Shown here: piece after piece, positions 30,168 through 40,016 of the stretch
Layout of the letters: each line of letters begins with the position of its first letter
Position numbering within the stretch: the first letter of the stretch is position 1
DNA from: a bacterium
Lineage (GTDB): Bacteria > Zhuqueibacterota > QNDG01 > DTFT01
Reading direction: 5' to 3'
Assembly: GCA_030372965.1 (NCBI GenBank)
Contig: JAUCQC010000170.1
Coordinates: forward strand, 1-58,029
Length of the DNA stretch: 58,029 bases
Notes under the pieces: generated by a model
Told to the model about the DNA's origin: nothing
The model's input: only the letters and a program-made list of their open reading frames with translations
The model's database searches: none
Made by a program: the position numbers and the translations under genes

Positions 30168-31355
30168 ATGAAAATCAAAACGCATTTTTTGGGAATCCGC
30201 GGGGGGCTTCTCGCTCTTGCCGTTTTCGGAGCGTCCGGCCTCGCGGCCGCGGCAGTCACGATCCAGCTCGGGGATTACCCGGACGTCGGAACGCGCAACC
30301 GCATGGACACGGACACCACGGGCCACGCGTCCGTGGTCATCGGCCCGGCCGGGGAGAACCGGACGTGGGACTTCACCCAGGCCATTCACGGCAGGCAGAT
30401 CGGAATGGACTATGTTCTCCCTTCCGAGACGCTGTACGGCGCATCCGTTCCCGGAGCGGAGCGGGCGATCAAAACCTGGCAATGGCTGTCCGTTGACCCC
30501 GTTCCCATCGTTTTCCCGTCCGGCCTGGAAGGATTCTTTGAAGTGTATTACTATCAGAAGGCGCTTTCCACGGACGGCGTTCTTCAGGGGAACGGGATGG
30601 GCGCCGTGTCGCCCATTTATTCGGGCGGCTTCGCCTTCACCCAGCCTTGCGTTGAACTGTCCTTCCCCCTGGCTGTCGGGAAGACGTGGCTCAAGAAGTA
30701 CGAATTTTCCGCGCCCGCCACGATCGGAGCGCTGACGACCACACTGGTCACGAAGGACAGCTCCGTCATGGAAGTGGACGCCGACGGCCGCCTGACGATT
30801 CCGCTCGGCGCCTTTGACTGCGTGCGGGTGAAAGCCGTTCGGCATTTGACGCTCAAGGCGCAGTTGTTCGGCAATTACCTGACGCTGAGCGTGGACACGC
30901 TCATCGTGTACGACTGGTACGCGAAGGATGTCGGACTCATTCTCGAAGCGGCCAGCCATTCGAGTGAAAAGAATCCCCAGTTCACGGACGCGGGTTTCCT
31001 CATGCGGCTCGCCTCGACAAACGTGCCGAGCGGGGTCGAAGACGGCCGGGCCGTTCTTTTCCCGGAGCGTTGCGAGCTGAGCCAGAACCACCCGAATCCA
31101 TTCAACCCCTCCACGGCCATTCATTACCGGCTTGCCTCGGCGGGCGACGTGACCCTGACGGTGTTCGACATTCTCGGGAAACCCGTTTCCGTTCTGGAGT
31201 CGGGATTCCGGGCCGCCGGCAGTCACCGGTCGGTCTGGAACGGCACGGATGGGTCAGGCAGACGCATGCCCAGCGGCGTGTATTTCTGCAGGCTTGAAGT
31301 ACGGTCCGTGGACGGGGCGTTCACCAAGACCCGTAAAATGATACTGACCGACTGA
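30168..31355 (+). CDS. Secreted beta-rich protein of unknown function with T9SS-type tail
   Basis: AGGAGGT RBS; signal peptide; GPAGENRTWDF, DADGRLTIPLGAFDCVRV, WYAKDVG; tail NHPNPFNPST...TRKMILTD. Confidence 0.8.
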   Translation: MKIKTHFLGIRGGLLALAVFGASGLAAAAVTIQLGDYPDVGTRNRMDTDTTGHASVVIGPAGENRTWDFTQAIHGRQIGMDYVLPSETLYGASVPGAERAIKTWQWLSVDPVPIVFPSGLEGFFEVYYYQKALSTDGVLQGNGMGAVSPIYSGGFAFTQPCVELSFPLAVGKTWLKKYEFSAPATIGALTTTLVTKDSSVMEVDADGRLTIPLGAFDCVRVKAVRHLTLKAQLFGNYLTLSVDTLIVYDWYAKDVGLILEAASHSSEKNPQFTDAGFLMRLASTNVPSGVEDGRAVLFPERCELSQNHPNPFNPSTAIHYRLASAGDVTLTVFDILGKPVSVLESGFRAAGSHRSVWNGTDGSGRRMPSGVYFCRLEVRSVDGAFTKTRKMILTD

Positions 31356-31378
31356 CCTTGCCCGGTTCCGCAGGAGAG

Positions 31379-32116
31379 ATGGCCGCGGTTCGTCTGGGGC
31401 CGGTCCCGATAGTGTGGGCGCGGCCCCGGTTCTTCCGCGGTCCGGTCCGCAATCTGCGGCCGGCCGCGCTGGCCTGCCTGCTGCTCCTGGCCGGCCGGAC
31501 GGACGCCGCGCAGTGCCGGTTCGACAGCGTCGCCGTGTCAGGGGACTCGGTGATCGTCGGGTTCGAGATGTCCGGGCTCTTCGACCGCGAGACCTTCCGC
31601 TCGCTCAGAAAGGGCATGACCGCGGGCCTGGAATACCAGATTCAGGTGTGGGGGGACCGCGACGGATGGTTCGACGCGGTCGTCGACGAGAAGGTCCTCC
31701 GGATGAAGCTCGGATACGACAATTGGGAAAGATGCTACACGGTGATGCGTCCCGGCGGAACGGCCCGGTTTCAGGAGGATACGGCCGCTGAACGGAACTG
31801 CTGCCGAATCCGCGGAATCGGCCTTGTCCGGCGCGACCGGCTGAAACCGGGGCGCACCTATCACATTCTCGTCCGCATGGTTTTCGAGCCCATGTCCGTG
31901 GAGAGCCTCCACGAGATCGGCCGCTGGCTTTCCGGGGAGGTGGACGACCTGAACGCCAAGTCGCTCAGTCGCAAGCGGTCGCCGGTCAAATCAGCCGGGG
32001 ACTGGCTTCTCGGATTCGTGGTGAACCTGTCCGGGTTCGGGGACCGCGAATTTACGGCGGAAAGCCCTCCGCTGATCGTGGAAAACGGGAACGTCCGTTT
32101 CAGTGCCGTGGAGTGA
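31379..32116 (+). CDS. DUF4390-like exported protein (start uncertain)
   Basis: Hydrophobic leader ALACLLLLAG; SLRKGMTAGLEYQI, LGYDNWERCY, LKPGRTY pattern. Confidence 0.6.
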   Translation: MAAVRLGPVPIVWARPRFFRGPVRNLRPAALACLLLLAGRTDAAQCRFDSVAVSGDSVIVGFEMSGLFDRETFRSLRKGMTAGLEYQIQVWGDRDGWFDAVVDEKVLRMKLGYDNWERCYTVMRPGGTARFQEDTAAERNCCRIRGIGLVRRDRLKPGRTYHILVRMVFEPMSVESLHEIGRWLSGEVDDLNAKSLSRKRSPVKSAGDWLLGFVVNLSGFGDREFTAESPPLIVENGNVRFSAVE

Positions 32117-32120
32117 TTCC

Positions 32121-33107
32121 GTGACACCCGAATCCGCCGGTTTAAGCCCATCGCCGCGAAACGGCCCGGTCGCGGTCATCGACATCGGAACGAATTCCGC
32201 GCTTTTCCTGCTCGCGGAAAGGGACGGAACCGTTGTCCGGCCGATCCGGCAGGAGATCCGGACCACGCGGCTCGGCCGCGGTCTTGCATCCTCCGGCCGG
32301 ATCGGGGAGGAGGACATCGGGAGGACCGCCGCGGTTCTGATCGAGTGGAAGGAGCTGGCCCGCGCGATCGGAGCGGGATCGCCGGTGTGCACGGGCACGC
32401 AGGTGTTCAGGGCCGCGGAGAACCGCCGTGAGGCGCTGGCCGTCCTGTTCAGGGAAACGGGCCTTCAAATCGAGGTCATCCCGGAACAGGAAGAGGCGGT
32501 CTGGAGTTACATGGGTGTGGTGCACGGCCTGGCTGAACCGGGACGGGCAGTCGTCATGGACATCGGGGGCGGGAGCACGGAATGGGCGCAGGGTGACGGT
32601 CCGGCCCTCCGGCGGAGCCGCAGTGTGCCCATCGGAGCGTTGACCCTGACGGAAAAGCACCTCAGGAGCGATCCGCCCGGGCCGGACGAGCTGGACGCCA
32701 TGACGGACGAAATCCGTTCCGCGTTCGCGCCGGACATCCCGATGCAGGATCCGTCCGTTCCCTTCATCTGCGTGGGAGGAACGGCGACGACTCTGGCCGG
32801 CCTGGAGCTCGGTCTCGAACGCTACGATGCCGCGGTTGTGGACGGGACGGAACTGGCCGTGCGGATCGTGCGGAACTGGGCGGAGAAACTGGCCGGACAG
32901 TCGAGGGCCGAACGCCGCTGGACCGTGCGGGCCTTCGGTCCGGACCGGGCGGACATTCTTCCGGCCGGACTCTTCATCCTTCTGTCCTGGATGGAATCGG
33001 CCGGAATTCCGACGGTGCGGGTGAGCGACCGCGGCCTGCGTTTCGGAATCGCGGCCAGGGAACTGGGCCTGGCGCGGCCGGCCGCTTTCCCGTCCGGGAA
33101 CGGCTGA
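32121..33107 (+). CDS. ppx: Ppx/GppA family phosphatase (short form, no HD domain)
   Basis: IDIGTNS, TRLGRG, EQEEA, DIGGGSTE, GGTATT, RADIL, VSDRGLRFG. Confidence 0.88.
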   Translation: MTPESAGLSPSPRNGPVAVIDIGTNSALFLLAERDGTVVRPIRQEIRTTRLGRGLASSGRIGEEDIGRTAAVLIEWKELARAIGAGSPVCTGTQVFRAAENRREALAVLFRETGLQIEVIPEQEEAVWSYMGVVHGLAEPGRAVVMDIGGGSTEWAQGDGPALRRSRSVPIGALTLTEKHLRSDPPGPDELDAMTDEIRSAFAPDIPMQDPSVPFICVGGTATTLAGLELGLERYDAAVVDGTELAVRIVRNWAEKLAGQSRAERRWTVRAFGPDRADILPAGLFILLSWMESAGIPTVRVSDRGLRFGIAARELGLARPAAFPSGNG

Positions 33108-33179
33108 TCGCGCTCCGCAGGTCCGTCGGGCGCACGCCCGGCGGTTTGAAGCGTCATTCCCCGTCATTGGGAGGTTTTA

Positions 33180-35048
33180 ATGAAAAGCATGATCCGGTTT
33201 GCACTGGTTTTCGCGGCCATAGTCCCTGCCTGCATCGGGGCCGATTCCGGCCGCGAGGCCGCTGGAATCGACGCTCCTCCCCGGCACGGGGAAAACATCG
33301 CCTTCCGGCTGAATCCGGCCCTGATTCCCGACGGTCTGGCCGAGGGCGAGACCCCCATGCTTCAGGTTTTCCCCCGACTGCCCGATCCCCCCTTCGAAAT
33401 CCCCATGACCCGGACCACCGGACTGTGGAGAGCCTGGTACGGCCTGAAGGACACCAGCATCAAGGCGATTTTCTTCGCGTTCGTAACCGTTGATTCGTCC
33501 GGGACACGGACCCGGCCCGACCTCGGGCAGGACCTGTTTGACGCGCCGGTCGTCGACGCGGCGGGCCGTCCCGTTTACGGCGCCTACGAGGCCATCGGCA
33601 TATCCCACACCGGCATCTCGGACCTGAGGCCCGAAAACCTGTCCCTGGCCATCGAGGCGTTTCGCAGGGAACTCCGGTTTCATCCGGACAATTATTCGGG
33701 CCGTCTCCTGCTCGCGTCCGCCCGCCTGAAGAACAGCGACTTCAGCGAGGCGGCACGCCGCAGTGTCGAGGCGGAAATCGATTCCGTGCTGGCTTCGGGA
33801 AAGGACCGCGAGTCCGCGGTGCGTTTTGCCGCCAGCGCCTACCGGATGATGGGCCGGACGGAAAAGGCGGAAGCCCTGGAGAAGTCCCTGGCCGACCGGG
33901 ACCCGAAAGGCGATCTCGCGGCGCGCAAGCGGTTCACGCAGATACTGGGAATCGAGGACAGGGACGAGAGAATCCGGAGCCTGGAGCGGTTTGTCGCAGA
34001 TTTCCCCGGGTCCCCGTTCGTTGAGCCGGCCCTGAGCCAGATCGTTTCGGCGGTCATCGAGACCGGCGACAGCCGGGCCATGGCGGCCGCGGGCGACCGC
34101 CTGCTCCGCGGCGCGTCGACTCTGACCGGGGCCCACGGGCTCGCCGGACTGGCCGGCGTGTTCGCGGACCTCGGAATCGAGCCGGACCGCGCCCTGTCCT
34201 ACGCGGGCCGGGCCATGGAAATTCTGGCCGCGGAAAAAGCCGCCGGAGGGGGATCGGCGGAAGCGGCCGAGGAGCGTGAAGAGGCCGAGTCCAGATTTCG
34301 GGCCGTGCTCGGCTGGGTGCATGTCCAGAGGGGCGAAATCGTTCCGGCCGTCTCCGAACTTCAGGAGGCCGTGAAGGGCCCCCTGCAGGGCAAGGCGTTC
34401 TACCATCTGGGCATCGCGCTGGAAAAGGCCGGCCGTCTGGAGGACGCGCTCGTCCAGTACGGCCGCGCGGCCGCCTTTTCCGGGGACGTCGGAGACGCGG
34501 CTTACGCGGCATTCCGGTCGCTCTGGAAAAACACAGGCCGCGACACGCTGCTGGCGGACGCGTCCCTGGACGAGCAGGCCCGGTGGGTCGAAACCGCCAG
34601 CCGGGAGCGCATACTCGCCAGGCGCTCGGTGCGGCCCGCGCCCGACTTTCTGCTCGAGGACGCGCGGGGCGGACGCGTCCGTCTTTCGGACCAGCAGGGG
34701 AATGTGGTTCTGCTCTGCTTCTGGGCGTCCTGGAGCCAGTCTTCCATGAAACTCATGGAGGAGCTCGACGCGCTGGCCGGCCAGTACGGCCGCAGCATTC
34801 TATTCCTGACCGTGGCCATGGACCGCAATAAAACCGATGTCCGGAGCGCCGTCCGGAAGAACGACATCGTTCTTCCCGTCCTCCTGAACAGCGGCATGGA
34901 GCAGGCGTACCGCCTGTCCGGCGTGCCGGCCGTTTTCCTGATCGATCGGGACGGCCGGATCCATTTCACGCACATGGGTTTCCGCAGGGACATCAATTCC
35001 ATCCTGTCCGTTGAAATCGACGATCTGCTGGGGGCCACGGCCCTATGA
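33180..35048 (+). CDS. Exported TPR protein with C-terminal TlpA/redoxin-like domain lacking CxxC
   Basis: GGAGGT RBS; signal peptide; TPR helices; PAPDFLL...VVLLCFWASWSQSS...GVPAVFLIDRDGRI. Confidence 0.82.
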   Translation: MKSMIRFALVFAAIVPACIGADSGREAAGIDAPPRHGENIAFRLNPALIPDGLAEGETPMLQVFPRLPDPPFEIPMTRTTGLWRAWYGLKDTSIKAIFFAFVTVDSSGTRTRPDLGQDLFDAPVVDAAGRPVYGAYEAIGISHTGISDLRPENLSLAIEAFRRELRFHPDNYSGRLLLASARLKNSDFSEAARRSVEAEIDSVLASGKDRESAVRFAASAYRMMGRTEKAEALEKSLADRDPKGDLAARKRFTQILGIEDRDERIRSLERFVADFPGSPFVEPALSQIVSAVIETGDSRAMAAAGDRLLRGASTLTGAHGLAGLAGVFADLGIEPDRALSYAGRAMEILAAEKAAGGGSAEAAEEREEAESRFRAVLGWVHVQRGEIVPAVSELQEAVKGPLQGKAFYHLGIALEKAGRLEDALVQYGRAAAFSGDVGDAAYAAFRSLWKNTGRDTLLADASLDEQARWVETASRERILARRSVRPAPDFLLEDARGGRVRLSDQQGNVVLLCFWASWSQSSMKLMEELDALAGQYGRSILFLTVAMDRNKTDVRSAVRKNDIVLPVLLNSGMEQAYRLSGVPAVFLIDRDGRIHFTHMGFRRDINSILSVEIDDLLGATAL

Positions 35049-35911
35049 CCTGGTGCTATGCCTCTGACCTGCACGGCCGAGAGAGTCTGTACCTGGAGCT
35101 GGCCGGCCTGGCGGAGTCGAGGCATTGCGGCACCGTGATACTGGGGGGCGACCTGCTCCCGAGAAAGGGGCGCGGTCCGGCCGGTCTCGATTCGCAGGCC
35201 GGATTCGCGGCCGCGTTTCTGAAGGATTTCGCGATCCGGATTCGCGACAAAGCCGGCGCCCGCCTGTACGCCATACCGGGCAATGACGACTGGATGGGCG
35301 CGTTGCCGTCCCTCCGCGGCCTGGCGTCCGAGGGCCTGATTCTGCTGCCGGCCGACCGGTCCGTTCCCGCGGACGGCGGTTTCTTCCTGCGCGGTTATTC
35401 CTTCGTTCCTCCGACTCCTTTCCTGCTCAAGGATTTTGAAAAACGGGATCTCTCCTCGGACGCGCCGCCTTCGTCCCCGGGCCGCATCGCCGTGACTGTG
35501 GACGGACGCGTCATGGAAACCGACGCCGCTTCCTTCCTGACGGGACGGACCGCGATCGAAGACGACCTCGCGGCCTGGACATTGGGGGAGGAAAGCCGGA
35601 GAACGGTTTGCGTCATGCATGGGCCGCCGTATGGCACCTCCCTCGACAGACTGGCGGACGGAAGGCCCGCGGGAAGCCGCGCGGTGCGCGATTTTCTGAC
35701 GCGGGAGAATCCCCTGCTGTCCCTGCACGGCCACATCCATGAATCCGCGGACGCGTCAGGCGCGTGGGCGCAATTCATCGGCCGGACCCTGTCCGTCAAC
35801 CCGGGGCAGAACGGGGGCGCCCTGTCCGCGGTGTGGTTCGATCCCGCCGACCCGGCCGGATCCATGACGCACTCCCTGCACGGCCCATTCGGGCCGCGGA
35901 GCCGTTCATGA
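35045..35911 (+). CDS. Calcineurin-like metallophosphoesterase
   Basis: SDLHG, GGDL, GNDD, MHGPP, HGHIHE, VNPG; ATGA overlap. Confidence 0.88.
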   Translation: MTWCYASDLHGRESLYLELAGLAESRHCGTVILGGDLLPRKGRGPAGLDSQAGFAAAFLKDFAIRIRDKAGARLYAIPGNDDWMGALPSLRGLASEGLILLPADRSVPADGGFFLRGYSFVPPTPFLLKDFEKRDLSSDAPPSSPGRIAVTVDGRVMETDAASFLTGRTAIEDDLAAWTLGEESRRTVCVMHGPPYGTSLDRLADGRPAGSRAVRDFLTRENPLLSLHGHIHESADASGAWAQFIGRTLSVNPGQNGGALSAVWFDPADPAGSMTHSLHGPFGPRSRS

Positions 35912-37380
35912 AAGTCCCGCCGCGTGGCGCCGCTCTCCTGCTTTTTCTGCTTGCCGTTCCTTCGTCCGGCCGCTCACCGATGTCCTTCCGTTCCGTCGTG
36001 CTTCGGTTCGGCGGTCCCGCGTCTCTTCCGGTGAACGCGGACGCGGACGGGGACGGATGGGCCGACCTGACCGTGGCGTGGCGCGGCCCCGAAGACCCGG
36101 CCGGAACCCTGGCGTTTTTCCGGAACCGGCACGGTTCCTTCGTTTCCACGCCCGATTCATCCATGCTCCTGCCCGCGGACGCGGTTCTTTTCGATCGGGT
36201 CCCCGGGCCCGGGGGCCTCGGATCATCGATCCGGATACTGACTCCGTCCGGTGTCCGTTCCGGCCGCTTTGGGGAATCCGGGCTCTCCGGGTTTTCGACG
36301 GACACGGTTTTCACGGTGCGCGCCGCGTTCCCCGGAACCGCAGCGGACCGGCCCGCGGCATGGCCCTTTGCCTCCGCGCTGTCCGGACCCGGGGATCCGA
36401 TTTTTATCATCCCCGCGGAGGACGGTCTCCGTTTTTTCAGCCCCGGACGGCCCGAATTGGCGGACTCCGGTGCGATCCCGGGCGGTTTCCGACTGTTCCG
36501 CTCCGCGATCCGGTCCGGGGCGCCAGTTTATTCGTTCAGCCTTCCGGTTCCGGCCCCCTGCGACTGGGATGGGGACGGGACAGGAGACGCGGTCCTGACA
36601 CTCGACGGCGACGCCGCGTTGATCTTCCGCGACAGCGCTTCGGTCCGAAGCGACGCAGAGCCCGCGTTCGAGTCCGGATGGGGCGGAGACCCTGCCGGCC
36701 GCCGTCGAAACCGGGATTATGAATTCCGGGATTTCAACGCGGACGGACTCACCGACGTGCTGGTCATCGAAGCCCCGGCCCAGGGGCTCCTCACGCCGCC
36801 GGGGTGGGCGCGCCTGCACCTCAACCGAAAATCCGGATGGGATCCGGCTCCGGATCAGGTTCTGGTGCGGAACCGTTTCTTCGGGGACCGGGCCGTCGCG
36901 GATTTCAACGGCGACGGCCGGCCGGATCTGTGCCTCGTTTCCCTGGAATCGAGCCCCGCGGACATCATCCGGTACGGCATGACGCGGCGCGTGCGGAACC
37001 GTTTTGATTTTCACTTCTGCCCGCCCGACGGCCGGTTTGACCCGAAACCCGACCGGTCCGTGACCGTCGCGTTCAACCGCACCCTGTCCGCGCTTTTTTC
37101 GGAACCGCTCGTCGTCCGGCCGTTTGCCGGAGATTTCGACGGGGACGGAAGGGATGATGTCGGGCTGTGGGCTTCTGAGGACGAATTGCGTCTCATTCCG
37201 GCCGGAGCCAGGGGCCCGATGGACGTCCGGCAAACCGCGCGTCTCCGGTTTCCGAGAACGGATCATGTCCGCATCGGGGACCTGAACCGCGACGGATGTT
37301 CCGATCTCGTGCTGTGCTACCCGGACGGGCCTCCGGAACCGTCCTGCGTGCTGCTTCTCAGCGCGGGCGGGGACAGGTGA
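35908..37380 (+). CDS. FG-GAP/VCBS repeat secreted protein
   Basis: Signal peptide; repeated DADGDGWADL, DWDGDGTGD, DFNADGLTDV, DFNGDGRPDL, DFDGDGRDDV, DLNRDGCSDL. Confidence 0.85.
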   Translation: MKVPPRGAALLLFLLAVPSSGRSPMSFRSVVLRFGGPASLPVNADADGDGWADLTVAWRGPEDPAGTLAFFRNRHGSFVSTPDSSMLLPADAVLFDRVPGPGGLGSSIRILTPSGVRSGRFGESGLSGFSTDTVFTVRAAFPGTAADRPAAWPFASALSGPGDPIFIIPAEDGLRFFSPGRPELADSGAIPGGFRLFRSAIRSGAPVYSFSLPVPAPCDWDGDGTGDAVLTLDGDAALIFRDSASVRSDAEPAFESGWGGDPAGRRRNRDYEFRDFNADGLTDVLVIEAPAQGLLTPPGWARLHLNRKSGWDPAPDQVLVRNRFFGDRAVADFNGDGRPDLCLVSLESSPADIIRYGMTRRVRNRFDFHFCPPDGRFDPKPDRSVTVAFNRTLSALFSEPLVVRPFAGDFDGDGRDDVGLWASEDELRLIPAGARGPMDVRQTARLRFPRTDHVRIGDLNRDGCSDLVLCYPDGPPEPSCVLLLSAGGDR

Positions 37381-38675
37381 CACGCGCCGAATTTCATTTT
37401 CACCGTTTTACCCCGTTCCGGTCGGGGCTGGTTTTCGCGCTTGGTTGCATGCTTGCGGCTTCGGGCGTTTCACGGGCCTGGGAGGCAGACGGATCCGATC
37501 CATCCCGGCCGGCTGTTTTTCTGTACGGGAACAGCCACACGGCCGGGTTCGTCGTGCTCCGCGAGATGACGGATATCCCTTCCGGTGTTCCGCCCGCGCC
37601 CTGGCTGAAGAGAAAAGCGGACCAGCTGGAACGCATCGGACCCTTCCGGACCGCGGTGGTGGTGGCGGTGCGGGATTCAACGGGCCCGGTCCCGCGTCTG
37701 GCCGTCCTGCTCAGGGAGAAAGGGCGCTGGTCGATCGACCCGGCCCTGTCCTATGACGGCATTTTCGGGTGGACCGCGGGTCTGGCCGCGGTCCGGTCCA
37801 ATCTGTTCGGCCGGAACCAGAGGCTCAGGGCCGGATTCAGGACCGGCGGCCTGGACAAGGCCGGGATTTCCTGGACCGATCCATGGTTCGGCGGCCGTCT
37901 CCGGCTGTTCGCGGAGATGGAAGCCGGCCACGCTTCCTATCCCTACCGGTATCCGGACTACAGGCCTGTTTTCCGCGTGGTCTCGAACTCGGCTTCGGCC
38001 GCGCTGGGCCGCGGTTTCGGCCCCGCGCTCCGCGCGGGCTACCGCCGGACCTGGGAGAACGCGGAAGCAGGCGATCCCGCGGCCCTGGTTTCCGGAGGAG
38101 GGAAAGACCGGTTCGTTTCGGACGAATGGTTTATGCGCTGGGATATCCGCGACAGGCCCGAGTATCCCATGTCCGGCCTGTTCGCGGAAGCGGGCAGGCA
38201 ATGGACGGAGGAAACCGGATCCGGCAGGCGTTTCAGCCGCTCCTATTTCGACTGCCGGGCGTACGCGCCCGCGGCCGCGGGGGCGCGTCTCGCGCTGCAG
38301 GCCTCGGGTCAGTTTCTGGACGGGCGCGTGCCCGTGGTCAAGCGGCTCCACTGGGGCGGGTCGAGCACCCTCCGCGGATACGACAGCGGCATTCTCGCCG
38401 GCGACCGCCTGCTGGCGTTCTGCGCGGAAATGCGCTTCCCCGTTCTGCTGGAGCCCGATGTGCTCGGCGCCCGGAACGCGGGCGTCTTCGGCGTCTTTTT
38501 CGCGGACTGCGCCTCGATCCGCTTCTCGGAGAAATCCCGCAATCCCGCGCCGAACGCCGGCGCGGCCGGAGCCGGCTTTCACTTCGTCTGGGACACCATC
38601 GTTCTCCGGGCGGAGTGGGGCGTGCGCGCGGACGGGGGCCTTTTCGTGACGTCGGCGTCGGGGGTGAAGTTTTGA
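37377..38675 (+). CDS. Omp85/BamA-TamA family outer-membrane protein with a single POTRA-like domain
   Basis: GTGA overlap; GNSHT..VVLRE, NLFGRNQ, WTDPW, DIRD..YPMSG, GGSSTLRGY loop-6 motif, C-terminal F. Confidence 0.8.
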   Translation: MTRAEFHFHRFTPFRSGLVFALGCMLAASGVSRAWEADGSDPSRPAVFLYGNSHTAGFVVLREMTDIPSGVPPAPWLKRKADQLERIGPFRTAVVVAVRDSTGPVPRLAVLLREKGRWSIDPALSYDGIFGWTAGLAAVRSNLFGRNQRLRAGFRTGGLDKAGISWTDPWFGGRLRLFAEMEAGHASYPYRYPDYRPVFRVVSNSASAALGRGFGPALRAGYRRTWENAEAGDPAALVSGGGKDRFVSDEWFMRWDIRDRPEYPMSGLFAEAGRQWTEETGSGRRFSRSYFDCRAYAPAAAGARLALQASGQFLDGRVPVVKRLHWGGSSTLRGYDSGILAGDRLLAFCAEMRFPVLLEPDVLGARNAGVFGVFFADCASIRFSEKSRNPAPNAGAAGAGFHFVWDTIVLRAEWGVRADGGLFVTSASGVKF

Positions 38676-38695
38676 CAAAAACAGGATATTCCATC

Positions 38696-38885
38696 AACGA
38701 TTGAAGATCGGCGATTTCAGAGAGTTCGAATAAACGGAGTCCCGTTGGTTTTCAATCTGAGATCCGCATTCCGCTGACGCGGACTTCCGGCCGGACGGCC
38801 TGCAGTCCGCAATCGTCGGTCTGGGATTCACGCGGAGAAGACCGATCCCGGGTGCGGGATCGCGGATCGTTGATCCGGGTTCCAA
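38696..38885. repeat. Degenerate 7-bp-period micro-arrays
   Basis: For example AATCTGA GATCCGC ATTCCGC and GATCCCG GGTGCGG GATCGCG GATCGTT GATCCGG. Confidence 0.45.
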
Positions 38886-38899
38886 TCGGAGAAAGCCAT

Positions 38900-39637
38900 A
38901 TGGCGCACATCGAGTTCTTCTATGCCCCCCCGGGGGGGATCGCCGGGGATGAGATCCGCTTTCCTCCGGACGAGTCGAAGCACATCGCCGTGGTCCTGCG
39001 GCATCGGGTTGGGGACACGGTATGGGCCGCGGACGGCGCCGGGACGGCGCATGAAGTCACGCTGGTTTCCGTGGGCCGCAGGGAGGTGAGGGGCCGCATA
39101 CTCCGGTCCGAAAGGGGGGCGGGCGAACCCGCGACCGCGGTCACGCTGGCGGCCGGTGTGCTGAAAGGCGACCGTTTCGACTGGCTCGTCGAAAAAGCGG
39201 TGGAACTCGGGGTTTCCCGCGTCGCTCCATTCCTTTCCCAGGGGTCGGCCGTGGGAAGCCCGTCCTCGGCCAAGACCGAGCGATGGCGGAAGATCGCGCT
39301 CGCGGCCATGAAGCAGAGCGGACGGTGCTTGATGCCCGAGATCGAGGAGGCGGTTCAGCTGGAGACGGTTATCCGGCGCGCGGCGAACCACGAACTCCGC
39401 GTCGCCGCGCACGCGGGTCCGGACTGCGTTTCCCTGCGGGACGCGGTGCGCGTCGTTCCGTCCCCGGTGAGGCGGAGCTTTCTGGTCACAGGGCCCGAGG
39501 GCGGATTCTTTCCGGGCGAAATCGAGGCGCTCAGGCGCGCGGGATTCGCGATCGTGTCGCTGGGGCCCCGCCGCCTGCGGGCCGAGACCGCGGCACTGGC
39601 CCTGCTGGCGCAGACGTTCGCGCTGACCGGGGAATGA
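38900..39637 (+). CDS. rsmE: 16S rRNA m3U1498 methyltransferase
   Basis: HIAVVLR, KGDRFDWLVEKAVELGV, AAMKQSGR, GPEGGF, LGPRRLRAETA. Confidence 0.95.
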   Translation: MAHIEFFYAPPGGIAGDEIRFPPDESKHIAVVLRHRVGDTVWAADGAGTAHEVTLVSVGRREVRGRILRSERGAGEPATAVTLAAGVLKGDRFDWLVEKAVELGVSRVAPFLSQGSAVGSPSSAKTERWRKIALAAMKQSGRCLMPEIEEAVQLETVIRRAANHELRVAAHAGPDCVSLRDAVRVVPSPVRRSFLVTGPEGGFFPGEIEALRRAGFAIVSLGPRRLRAETAALALLAQTFALTGE

Positions 39638-39700
39638 CGCGGGGAGGATCCGCGGCCCGGCCGCTTGGATTCGCGGTGAACCCTGGAGGCGAGTCCCCCG

Positions 39701-39862
39701 TTGAATCTGTCAGCGAGCGCATCCCCCGCCGCTTGCGGCGGGGTAAGCGAGCGAATATAAAATGATTTCTTCTCTACAGATAGAAGATTCCCCGGCTTCG
39801 CCGGACCAAGCAACAAGATTTTATCGAATTGAAGGCCCGCGGCTTGCCGCGGGGAGCTTCAA
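39701..39862. mobile_element. Non-coding palindromic element resembling non-autonomous IS200/IS605-type or REP cluster
   Basis: Hairpins CCCCGCCGC-TT-GCGGCGGGG (39724-39743) and TTGAAGG-CCCGCGGC-TT-GCCGCGGG-GAGCTTCAA (39829-39862) around an AT-rich core; no transposase. Confidence 0.5.
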
Positions 39863-39900
39863 CCGCGCGCTTTGCCGCGTCTGAATTGTTTAAAACCGGC

Positions 39901-39929
39901 TTGATTCCCGAACGCGGATGCGTTATATT
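39901..39929 (+). promoter_or_regulatory. Putative promoter
   Basis: TTGATT-N17-TATATT(TG). Confidence 0.6.
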
Positions 39930-40016
39930 TGAGCCGGATAGGATCGCGCAGTCCGCGGTCGCTGTCCGGTCGGTTCGCTTCGAAACGAATGTGTCCTGAC
40001 CCAAGAGGAGGAAGAG

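Noticed and set aside
34731-34745. Selenocysteine-containing redoxin
   Set aside because: Active-site positions are AGC and TCC (Ser); there is no in-frame TGA
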